Source: Amoebidium appalachense (taxonomy: Eukaryota; Protista; Ichthyosporea). Taken from it: a stretch of DNA of 64,000 nt. The DNA is taken from positions 7,855,408 to 7,919,407 of the forward strand of contig CAVNZM010000009.1 of assembly GCA_963693365.1 (NCBI GenBank). The letters run 5' to 3'. The notes below the pieces were generated by a model. It searched no databases and was not told the origin of the DNA. It saw nothing but the letters and a program-made list of their open reading frames with translations. Below, piece by piece: positions 52,767 through 64,000 of this stretch (its first letter is position 1; each line of letters opens with the position of its first letter). A program made the position numbers and the translations under genes.

Positions 52767-53408
52767 AAGTTCCCCCGTTGGATTCCCCCATCCCCCCCCC
52801 CCCCCCCCCCCCTCCTCCCCCACAACTCAACTGCCACTTTTGAAGGTCATCCCGCCCCCCTCCCCCCTCCCTCTCCCCCCTGTTTTGAAGGTCAGCCCAC
52901 TTCCCCCTCCCCTCCCCCCCCCCTCCCCCTCCCCCTCCGCCCGGGTCCCCCCCTTCCTTCCCACGGGTCCCCCCCCCCCCTCCCCCCGCACCGTGTTGTT
53001 CTCGTTGTACTGTCAAATTCACCTCTTCAAGTGCCCCCTCCCCCCTCCCTCTCCCCCCCCCTCCTGCCCTCACCCCCTTATTTCCTGTCCAACACTCTCC
53101 TCTTTCTCTGTATCCCCCCTCCCCCACCTATCCGCTCTGCGTTCAAGCTCAGCAATACATCCCCTTCCGCCCACCCTCCCCACTTTACACACAGGCACCG
53201 TGCACGCACACGCGAGCTCGCGCATGTGCATGTGTGACACGGCACACGAACAACAGCACTGCAGTCATGTTCTTTTAGTTTTCACTGCCATTACCGATTT
53301 TTAAGCAAGTGTGATACTTGGGGAACTATTGCAGAGACCTTGCGGAAGTCGAGGAGATTTGGGGTCTCACAGGTCCATCCCGTAAGCCTAACTTACAGCT
53401 GTTTTGCC

Positions 53409-53440
<32 letters not shown>

Positions 53441-53959
53441 GCCCTTCCAATTTTTTCTACAAACATCATAGTCACGTTAATAATACCGTTCTGAATGTTT
53501 ATTGATTCGTCCTAGAGTACCCACGTTGACCTTATGCTGCTCGTACAGTACTGTGTGATAGCTTTTGTGCCTTCCTCACGAAGTCTTAGCATCCACAGGT
53601 AGCGGTAAGTCTGATGGCCAGCAGGCAGCCAAAGGTTCCCCCAAGGCCAGCGTTTCGAACGTGTCTGGGCCAGATGCAACTGGGAAACCAGTTGTAAAGA
53701 ATGAGTATTTATCCCCCCCACCCCCCACCCCCCACCCCCTCCCCCTCCCCCCCCCCCCCCCCCCCCCCCCCCCAAATATAAAAATAAGAAAAAATAATCA
53801 TTCTCTTTTTATATGCTGACACCCAATTCGAGTAGAGTAAAAAGTGTTCGCCACGGTAACGGCTCCTTCCGAAGTCTTCCTTAATTTTCGAAGTCTTTTT
53901 TTTTTTTTTTTTTTTTTTTTTGCCCTCCCTTTTTGTCTTCTTTTTGGTGCCGGGTGGGG

Positions 53960-53995
<36 letters not shown>

Positions 53996-55633
53996 CTGGG
54001 GGGGCCGGGGGGGGGCCAGGGGGGCCGGGGGGCCGGGGAAGGGCAACATGAATCCCGAAGGATTCATTATCCAACAAGATGACAAACCCACACACAGCCC
54101 TCTTGCACTGAGCACCCTTGATGCGAATGCACCCAACGTTCAACCCCTGGGCCTTGGCCTGAGTGAGCATGGGACCATTGGCACCGATGTCAGCATGCGG
54201 CCTGGGGACACTGCGGCATCCGCAATGGGTACATTTGCCCCCCCCCCCCCCCCCCCCCTCTCCCCTCTCCTCCCCCCCCCCCCCCCCCCCTCTCCCCTCT
54301 CCCCCTCCCCCCCCCCCCCCCCCCCCCCCCCCCCCTTTTTTTGGTCGTTGAATACACACGTACACAACTTGAGCACACCGGGGGAAAAAAAAAGAAAAAA
54401 AAAAAAAGAAAAAAAAAAAAAAGAAGAAGAAGGAGAAGGAGAGCCTTGCCGAGAAAAAGGAATATATATACGGAACAAATATGTACAATAATGGGGTTGT
54501 GTTGCGCCTGCACATAAGTTCAAGTGTTTGTGAGGATGAAGGCAAGGAGGTAGAGGTGCGGGAGGGCCGGGGAATGGGGGAGATGGAGGGGGCGGAGGGG
54601 GGAGGGGCGGAGGGGGGGAGGGGGGGGGAGGGGGGGAGGGGGTCCTCCTCAGAATTGGAGCTTCAGTGGCAGGTTAGTATTACTATGATATAATGACCAA
54701 CACTGACACTCCTCCCCCCTCCCCCATCAGAGAGCTCCAACCAGATGAACCTCAACACGGCAAACAATTCTAATGGCGCTGTGGACACCAACGGGCAGGA
54801 GGGCGGCAACAAGAAGGAGGATGGGGCTAACGGCCAGCCTAAGACTCCCACAGGGTAAGAGTTCCTGCATCGGCTATTTCTTAAACCGTGAAAGCTTAAC
54901 ATCCTCTGTGCGCAACTCCCCGACCAGTAGTAGTGTATTTTTTTATTTTTTTTGCTTTTCAGTAAACCTTCTTCGAAAGTTCCTCCGTACCCCAACAATC
55001 CGTGTTGCCCAGATGCACCCCTTCTTCCCCCCCCCGTTCCCCTCCCCCTTTCCTTTCGGGGGAAGAGTCTAAATCTTCTTTCCCCCATTGGAACCCGTAA
55101 TTTACTGTGTTTGTGTATACGTGTGTTTGGGGGGAGAAGGGGGGGGGGGGGGGCAGAGGGGGGGGGGGGGGGAGAGGAGAGAGAGAGAGGGGGGGGGGGT
55201 TGGTAATGAGTACTCGTAGTTAGACAGACAGGCTGTGAGACTATGCCATGAGCCACCAATTCGATTTATCAGCGCTAGCCAGCACTTAGTGACCGCATGC
55301 ATATATATGGCATTGCACTGACCGCGGTGATTTTACGCCCACAGTGACGGAAATGGGCCGGCAGCTGCTATGTTAGTTAACAGCATGCCCCCTGTTGCCA
55401 CTGAAAAGGAGGCAAGGGCCAAGGCCACAGGCATGCACTGGGACATCAGCAACACAAGAGATAATCTGTTAATGAGCTTAGCAATAATCGAGAGGGAGAA
55501 GGAGAGAGCAAGAATGTTGCAAGAGGAGATTGCAAGGGAGGAGGAGAGGGCAAAGGGCCTGGAAACGGAGTTGAAGCAGAAGGAGGCGGAGTTTATTGCT
55601 ACCATGAAAGAATTGTGCATGGCTGTGCCCTAG
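52389..55633 (+). CDS. Hypothetical ~309-aa protein, low-complexity N-terminal part with a C-terminal coiled coil (exons 52389-52590, 53599-53704, ~54020-54228, 54731-54854, 55345-55633)
   Basis: Phase-consistent GT-AG junctions, with CACTGAC branch points before exons 4 and 5. Heptad-like tail [39 protein letters not shown]. The start codon and the exon-3 acceptor are uncertain. Confidence 0.6.
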
Positions 55634-55854
55634 ACGACAATCAGAAACTATTCATCCCGAGCCCTGCTGGTAAGTGTGTAATTTATAATGTCTAGACCGT
55701 GCCATCATAGGTGTGTGTGTGTGTAGGGGGTGGGGGGGAGGCGGGGGGGGGGGGGGGGGGGGGGGGGAGGGGAGGTGAGGAGGAGGGGGAGGGACTGTGT
55801 GCGTGTGCGTGTGTGTGTGTGTGTGTGATTGTGTGTGTGTGATTGTGTGTGTGT

Positions 55855-55990
<136 letters not shown>

Positions 55991-55995
55991 GTGTG

Positions 55996-56032
<37 letters not shown>

Positions 56033-57099
56033 GTGTGCGCGGGCGCGCGCGCGCGCGCGTGTGTGTGTGTGTATCCCGTTCCATGCAGCCTCAATTGAGA
56101 TAACTCAGATTGGCATGCAAGCAGTAGCCAACACCACCTGACCAATCATTTTTCCCCACTGCAGGCCAGCAGTGAACAACTGACATCAAAGCCTCAGAGG
56201 AAAGGTGAATTCCGGAGGTTTTCTTGCTGTGACCAGATGTATTGACATGTGTAATGTGAGGATGGAGAAACAATGTGTGGAAGAGTTACGGCATACAGGC
56301 ATTGAGAAGGGAGGGGAAAGGGGACGGAGGGAGGGAGTGAGGGAGGGGAAGGGGTGGGGAGGGAGAGGGGGAGGGGGGGGGGGGGGAGCAGGAGGAGAGA
56401 GATGAGGAGGGCTTTGGAATCTAGAGTTCGTTTGTGATTCAAGTATGACTCAGCTGAAGTTCTCACTAATAAGGTTCATAACTGTAATGAAGGTGTAGGC
56501 ATTCTATTTGGCTGACTCAACATAAATCATTAATTGCTAGAGTACTATCTCTGTGGCGAATTTAAACTTCCAAAAAAAAAAATCGGAGTGTGTGGATTGG
56601 TCAACTGGTGTCCATATAATGCTAAACCTCAATTGAATATCTAAACATAGGTGCAATTGATGATACGTGGATGCAGTGGTCTGTGGCCAGCATTTTCCAT
56701 CCTCTACTACGTGTGGCTGTGGGTATTAACGGGTTTGGATGGAAATAACCCCGTAATTTGGAAGGTTTAAACATGATTAACGTTGGATGTGAAATTTCCC
56801 TAACATTGGCGGATTTTGACGGGGTTAAATGGAAAAAACCCCTCTTGTGGCAGATCAGAAGAGAAAAAAAAGCAATATTGCAATTAATTGGTTGACACAT
56901 TCGAGCCTCACTTCACTGGGTTGAAGTGTCTATATACTCACAATTGACACATTACATAAATGACAATTATTACCTGGGCCAATAAAAAACCGTTCCTACA
57001 TAATTGTTCAATTGCAACATCATTTCGCATATGACACGAGAACAGTTTAGAAAAGAGGGAAGGGGGGGGGGGGGGGGGGGGGGGGGGAAGAGAGGGGGT

Positions 57100-57516
57100 T
57101 TAATTCTGAGCTACGAAATCATTTTGTATCATCTGGCGTTGCATTCCCCCCTCCCCCCCCCCCTCCCCCCTCCCCCCCCCCCCTCTCCCCCCCTTCCCCA
57201 CACCCAACCCAATCCAACAACCAAAAAAAAAAAAGAAGGGGGGGGGGGGGGGGGGGGTTGGGTTTTTTTTTTTTTTTTTTTTTTTTTTGGGGGGGGGGGG
57301 GGGAGGGGGGGTTTGATGGGGGGCCCGGGGGGGAAGGAGGGATGGGGGGGGGGGGGGGGGGGGGGATAATCCTGAGCTCCGAATTCATTTTGCATCATCT
57401 GGTGTTGCATCCCCCCCCCACCCCCCCTTCCCTCCCCCCCCCCCCCCACACACACACAACACACACACACACACACCCAACGAACCCAATCCAACAACCA
57501 AAAAACCAAAACCAAA

Positions 57517-57520
<4 letters not shown>
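57100..57520. repeat. Direct tandem duplication, ~265-bp period
   Basis: TAAT(T/C)CTGAGCT(A/C)CGAA(A/T)TCATTTTG(T/C)ATCATCTGG(C/T)GTTGCAT ... CCCAATCCAACAACCAAAAAA occurs at ~57101 and ~57367. Confidence 0.8.
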
Positions 57521-57585
<65 letters not shown>

Positions 57586-58513
57586 GGAAAACACGGGTAG
57601 GAGTTTTGGGGGTTTTTTTCTTTTTTCTTTCTTTCTTTCTTTTTTTTTTTTTTTTTTTTGGGGGGGGGGGGGGGGTGGGAGGGAGGGGAGAGGGCAGAGG
57701 AGGGGGGGAGGGAGGGGGGTTGATGAGGGGAGGGAAGAAGCCATTTATGATGTCTGCCATAGCATACGCCGGCTTATGGCGTGTGTGCGTGCGTGAGCAT
57801 AGTGATGTGTGACGACGGGAGACGTGTTGCCACATCATTTGTGTATGTGTGCGCGCACGTGTCTGCGCACGTTTGTGTAGGTGTGTAAGGGGTGTGTCAA
57901 GTTGGCTGTATACGTATGATGTGTGTATGTGGGAGGGGAGGGGGGGGGGGGGGGGGGAGGGAGGAATGGGGGGGTCTATGCGGGTGGGGGGTATGGAGGT
58001 CCCGTACACCTCCCCCCCCCCCCCCCCCTCCCCCCTCCCCCCGCCCCTCCACACCCACCCTCCAGTACCCCACCCCCACCAACACCGCCACCACCACCAC
58101 ACACACCCGCCACCCACCGGGCATCACAATTATTTCATCTAAGAATCTCTATAGCTAGAAGTTCAAAGAATTACTATCAACGACTTGCTCAAAAGCAAAG
58201 TTGTAATGATTCCTACTTTTAACTTTTTTATTAAACCGTTTTTTTATGGGCGCCCAAATTGCCCTCCCAAATTTCCTTATTTGGCTGATCAGTGCGATCG
58301 TGCACGACTTATTTGTCCATACGAAAACTTTTATGTAACCGGTTCTGTCCCCGTGCACCGAGTCCAGTGTGTGATACTATGGTGTATGTATTTGGATGGA
58401 CCTGAGGTCGAAGATAGTAGCCCACATATTCATCACAAAAAAACAAAAAGACACACACACAAACGTGTTCACACAAAGAGACCGACAGACAAACGCGCAG
58501 ACACATGTACTAC

Positions 58514-58727
58514 CTGCAGCAGAATTATTCCACAAAAGCAATATTATTAATATTCTGCAAAAAGCAGAATCATATTCTGCAAAGGCAGGTTGATTCTGCA
58601 AACAGCATCTGCTAAAAGAAGATTCTTTCTGCCAAAAGCAGAAGTATTCTGCTTAGAACAGAATTAATCTGCTAAAAGAAATCCGGTTTTTGCAGATTAA
58701 TTCTGCTAAAAGCAGAGTGATTCTGCC
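58514..58727. repeat. Minisatellite of ~20-bp self-complementary units (TTCTGC-N5-GCAGAA)
   Basis: TCTGC recurs at 58554, 58575, 58595, 58608, 58628, 58648, 58668, 58702 and 58722. Perfect hairpins occur at 58552-58570 and 58627-58643. Confidence 0.75.
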
Positions 58728-58972
58728 TTATTTTCTTTTGCAACGCACGCACGCACGCACACGTATGCACACGTTGGTTTTCCTCCGCCACTCAAGGCTA
58801 CCCGACCTACACCTTTCGTGTTCGCATGATCTCACTCACATCCCACTTTGCAAACAGCCATTTGCCCGTTCATTTTACCAAGAGCTGGTGTGTGTTGTGG
58901 TGGTGGTAGTGGCCGTGGTGGTGGTGGTGGTGGTGGTGGTGGTGGTGGTGGTGGTGGTGGTGGTGGGGGGGT

Positions 58973-59009
<37 letters not shown>

Positions 59010-60101
59010 AGAATGATCAAAGCCAAATTTATTGGGTACCACATCGAAGCTGTCATAATGTGGGGATCCCTGTAAACAGGCACGCACACTCACATAGATC
59101 TAGCACACACGCATACACGTATGCATGCACACACGCACACACAAAACGCTCACAAACATGCACACAAGCAGTCAAGCAAACCCCCCGTGACATACTATCA
59201 CATCGTACAGTAACAGTAACGCATGGGATGGTGTAGGCAGCCATGTTCTGGCAGTGGCCATGGCAACGCACCGTCACTCTGTCACATGACATACGCAATT
59301 ACATGCACACACGAATTCACCGTGTGCACACGCGTTTCACGAACTTTCTCCAAAAAAGTTCCAAAAAAACAGAAAAAAGAAAAAGCAAAAAAAGAAAGAA
59401 AAGAAAACAAAATAAAATAAACAAAAGTAAATAAAGAATTAAAGCTTTGTGTGGCCCAGTGGCAGAGGGGTGATCACTGAACACGTGAGATGTTACAAGG
59501 AATCTGTCTGTGTGCTTGCTGAGCCAATCGCATGGTGGACACTATTGTATCGCCACATTCCAAACACAATTCCATATGCATTCCACTGTCACATTCATAA
59601 AGCCCAGTTGAGAGTTGGGACTGGACAAAACTGTATAAAAACATCCCAGTAAACCGCTACCTAATTTACTTGATTAAGATCATGCAGCTTTTGAAGGTGA
59701 GAACAGGATTTTCTTCTAATTTTGTTTTTAACTGAATCACCTTCCGTCTATGAGTCCTTGCTTGGTTTGTTTGTATTTTTCTCCAGCTCATTCCTAAGAT
59801 TTATCCTGCGGGTATACCTTTGGTTGATTGGCTTTTCTTATCGGAACGAGGGCGAATCAACTCTCCGAATAAGAACAATGTAGATGTCGAAGTCCGTGAG
59901 CTATTTTCGTGCTCCCTGTAGCAGTGCCTTTACCGTTGCCACACTGTACGCTGGTCAAAAAAGATCATAAAGTCTTAACCACAAGCCCTCAGTTTGCGCA
60001 GATAAACGTGTTCTGGGAGTGAACTCAGCCTTGCATTGTGCTATACACGGAACGACTGCATTCTTTGGCAACGGTATCAAGTGCAGACTTACATGCATAC
60101 A

Positions 60102-60706
60102 ATGGCGCCGAACAACCAAATGCCAAAGGCCGGCAATAGGTGAGTACTGAGTACTTGGGATATGTGCTTGTGTGGGCGAAAAAGTAGGAATCTTCTTCGA
60201 CTGAAAAATCCAGCATATGTAGCTCGTGAGCTTGTGGTAATCACGTGGAGCTGACACAGAACTTTTGTGGGCGTTAAATTTTGCAGCGTGCCTCACATTT
60301 TGTTCGTATGCATGTGTGTGCCAAATAATATAATTTTTTTAAAAAAAAGCCTGTGTGAAGCACACTGACGTCTACACACTTGTTCAATTCTTTAATCTGG
60401 TCAATTGATCCTCTCCCAACACACATATCCAAAAGCCTCTATCCCTACAGTACCTGTTAAACACACGTACTGCACCAAGCCGATACATACGTTCCGTTAA
60501 CAGAAAAATTGCAAAACACTTCATACCCAAGTTCTGCTCAAACAGGTTTAAAGTTCCTATCTGGGTGTATTGATTAAACTCCTGCCCTACCCCACTATCC
60601 ACATTTCCCCCCTGCAATGCTACACGCGCACGCGCACACGCACATACCCACGCACACGCGGACACACAATACACACACACACCTATGACTCGTGCACACA
60701 CACACA

Positions 60707-60741
<35 letters not shown>

Positions 60742-62601
60742 GGCCGCTGCTGTTGGCAGCAGTATGTCTGCTGGCGCTTTCTGCAACCGTTGAATCTGTG
60801 CCCACGACCAACAAACACAAAGGGCTCTCACTGGATGAAGATGACATGTTCTTTGGACTGATGCCTGAGGCCACACCAATGCAGAGCGACATCATGACAC
60901 CGCCGGTGGATTCGACGGGTAAGAACAAATGTTTCGAACGCACTACAAATATTGATAGACGTGCTTGTGGAGATGTGTGTGCGCGCGCGTGTGTGTATGT
61001 TTGTGTGTGCGCGCGCCAGTCACTTGCGTGTGCCGTATCACCCGCTTTTGTGTAGACTCTGTCCGGGGTGTGTAATTTGCTGTGCTGCCTGCAGTTGATA
61101 CTATATAAGAGCACTTCATTCGCGTGGTTTTTGCATGGCACTGTGCAGAGAAGGGCTATGCACACAAGCTTGCATGTATACATCGTTTCTTACCTGTCTC
61201 TAATGGCCTACTCGCGGTTTTGGTGGTGGTGATGGTGGTTGCCGCAGCGGAGAAAGCGGCGGAGAAAAGGTTGTCTGGTGTGCACGTGATCTTTCCTTTC
61301 GTCCCTTCGTTCTGAGGCCTTGGATTCCAGGCTGAACCTTGATGCTAATGAAGTTGGTATGTCTTTACCCATCCTATTTTCGTTTCCTTTCTTTGAGAAT
61401 CTTTTTATTATCCGCCCCTGCCCCCCCTCCCCCCCCCCTTTTCCGTTTTGTTTTTTCGCATCATTTCTGCAACGAGCCATCTAACTTGTCCGTGATTCCT
61501 CCTACCCATCCACACACACACAAGCCACAAACACCTCCCCTTCCGTTCCTTCTCCGCCCTTCCCCCCTCACCCACTCTTCGCCCACACAAACCACATGCG
61601 CATGCGCGAACGCAGACACACATACACCCCCGCATACAAACACACATACATTCCTCTCTTCTACAGATGGGTCCACGTGCAACGCCATCAACTACTCCAC
61701 CTCCGTGCCCATCACCTACCCTGCCCCGTGCGGCCAAGCGCCTGCCAGGTCCTCCAACTTTGCCGAATTTGCATCGTGGCAAAACTACTCCCTCCAGTCG
61801 TTCCAAACCACTTTTGCGTCGGAACTTCAGCAACAATGCCAGTTTGAGTCCTGCTGGAACAACCCACCCACTGATTCCTGGGGTCCCGTTCCTCCGTGTT
61901 TCGCGCCTACCCTGCCTTCGACAAACATAACGGATCTCCGCAACAGAGTTATACTTGCTACACTGTACTATGTTAATGCGTCCACTCATGGAAATTTGGT
62001 GTATGCCCACCACCACTCGCCCTATTGGCTCCCCCCCAAGAACCAAAAGCAACCCGCAAACGGTGGTAATTTCACGACCATTGCCGGGGAGCAAATCAAC
62101 AACAGCCTCAATGCATACGACAAGGAAGAGCTTCTGGTGTGCAACAGCAATCGGACCGGAATCGATTGCACTTCGTTTACGTCGTGGGTTTACAATTTCG
62201 CCCTCGGGATTATGTTTGCGCCCGACACCACCGTGCAGTCAAGCATGGGGTTGCCTCGAATCACAGACCTGAACCTACTTCAGGACGGAGATCTCATGTA
62301 TTTCAAGGCTTCTCCCACCGGCCCAAACATTACGCACGGCGGTATTGCTATGAACACCGCTTCTCGCGGAGTCATCGCGGTTACTTCCACTATTCAAGGC
62401 GACGCCGACGGGCCACAGTTTAACTTCGACAGAAACAATTGGCCGTTGCAGAGTTTTGCACATGGGTTTAGCTTGGAGGATGTGTATAACGCGTGGACGG
62501 CGGGAGGCAAAAAGGGCCTTGCCCCGGGATGGTGCTACAAGATTCCAACTGCCAGTGGCACGTGTTCGGACCTTGTGCCGGGCCTATCTTTCAGCGCATA
62601 A
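60102..62601 (+). CDS. Secreted NlpC/P60 (peptidase C40-like) cysteine peptidase, ~382 aa (exons 60102-60139, 60743-60918, 61667-62601)
   Basis: The catalytic-domain motifs GIDCTSFTSWVY, LQDGDLMYF and ITHGGI all lie in the last exon. A signal-peptide-like LLLAAVCLLALSATVES lies in exon 2. Donors are GTGAGT and GTAAGA, and phases are consistent. The start ATG could also be 60093 or 60120. Confidence 0.8.
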
Positions 62602-63864
62602 TGTTGCTGCCGGCACTGCTAGACTAATCTGAGCCTGTTAGTGTAAATATAAAAAATTAAGTGAGCGTGGAATAGATTGGTGTTTTGAATATGTTTTCTC
62701 GTAGAGTAGATGCTTGAAATGGTAATCTACGTTAGATCGATGCAGCTATTGCACAGAAAATCAAGTGAGTGCACGAGGAGTAAACTAAAAACGTACATGT
62801 TTCTTAGAGTGATGCTTTAATTTGAAAGTGAAATTTACGTGAGATATTGTCTGGTGCACATGATAGTTGTTGCTAACCACAAGGGAAAGATAAGATGCAT
62901 ATGCATGTGTAGGCATGGTTTAGTGCACGCAAGGACTTGAGAAAGGGGTAATGGGGAGGGAGGTGAGAGCTAAATAGAAGTTGGAAAACAAAGCTGTAGA
63001 TACAGACACCGGTCCCCAAATCCCGCAGGAAAGGTAAATCGGCCAATTTAAGTAAATGCTTTGATCTTGAGATATATTCATATTCCACGCACGGAAACGT
63101 TTTCCGTTTTCCGGCAACCATGGTGTCAAAGACATTGTGAACAAACAACATATAATCTTCCAAAAAGAAGTGCAAATTTAGAGAAAAGTGACATATGACA
63201 ACTCGACTAGAACTATAAACGGTAGGGGCATGCAGAAAATAGGACACGGGTAAAGCTGAGCATGTGAATGGCTATCGTTGGGCCATGTGCATACGCAGTC
63301 GCTATCGATCAGTTGGGATTGATACAGCCTGTTGTGCTATCAAAGTGCTGAAATGCACCATGGCAATCCACCACCACTTCTGCTTATCCAATCTTTTCTT
63401 TTACTTCTGGCACGCGAATTCATATGAGGGATAACTGTTGTCTATGATGAAACCCACCGGCACGCTTGTAAACACATACACACACCAAACACTAACAGTC
63501 TTGTGACATCACACTAACAAACGTGACGGGATTTTGGCTGTCGTCGTGGTTGTTCCCAAGGAGGATTTCAATCTGGTAGGTGAAATTGCCAAATATGGTG
63601 GCATGTATTTTACCATATATGGAGTTCAAAAATAGTTCACGATACTGAGTGGTTTCCGAAGATCACCACTTGGTTTGTTTCTCTCATTTACAAAATGAGT
63701 GAGAGAGAAGGAAACACATGATGATGCCAGGAAGAAATAACGGGGGACACAGGTGTAGGGCGAGACTTCGTCTGCGGATATATTGTCCTTTTCGTTGTTG
63801 TGGGCACAAAAGGGTGTGTGTGTGTGTGTGTGTGTGCGTGTGTGTGTGTGCGTGCGTAAGTGTG

Positions 63865-63924
<60 letters not shown>

Positions 63925-63930
63925 CGTGTG

Positions 63931-63972
<42 letters not shown>

Positions 63973-64000
63973 GGGGGGGGTTGAGAGAGAAAGAGAATAA

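Noticed and set aside
58514-58727. CRISPR array
   Set aside because: The units abut with no unique spacers, the context is eukaryotic, and there are no cas genes.

Overview
This is eukaryotic, intron-rich genomic DNA. It has GT-AG introns, CTAAC/CTGAC branch points and the standard code. It is saturated with (CA/TG)n and (CT/AG)n microsatellites and long C/G homopolymers, so almost all ORFs in the supplied track are repeat artefacts. The organism cannot be identified from this window; it is probably a unicellular eukaryote. Genes assembled by hand from splice sites and phase consistency: (1) an intronless secreted FN3-like x2 + ricin-B lectin gene (7453-8697 +); (2) a head-to-head pair of near-identical 50-codon genes for a K/A/P/G-rich SPKK microprotein (13561-13713 -, 14323-14475 +), which the ORF track does not call correctly; (3) a 21-exon TCP11-family gene with an IQ-like motif (40298->23247 -, ~876 aa); (4) a 12-exon gene of unknown function whose introns are all phase 2, built from duplicated exon cassettes, three of them damaged (51936->45428 -); (5) a divergent low-complexity/coiled-coil gene (52389-55633 +); (6) a secreted NlpC/P60 cysteine peptidase (60102-62601 +). 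Non-coding features include rearranged paralogous exons at the left edge, a tRNA-derived SINE-like head, a 474-bp TTAA-flanked foldback element, a five-copy ~1.2-kb degenerate macro-repeat, a hairpin minisatellite, and intronic 'echoes' of TCP11 exon ends. All gene models are manual and need RNA-seq. Homopolymer lengths may include sequencing error.
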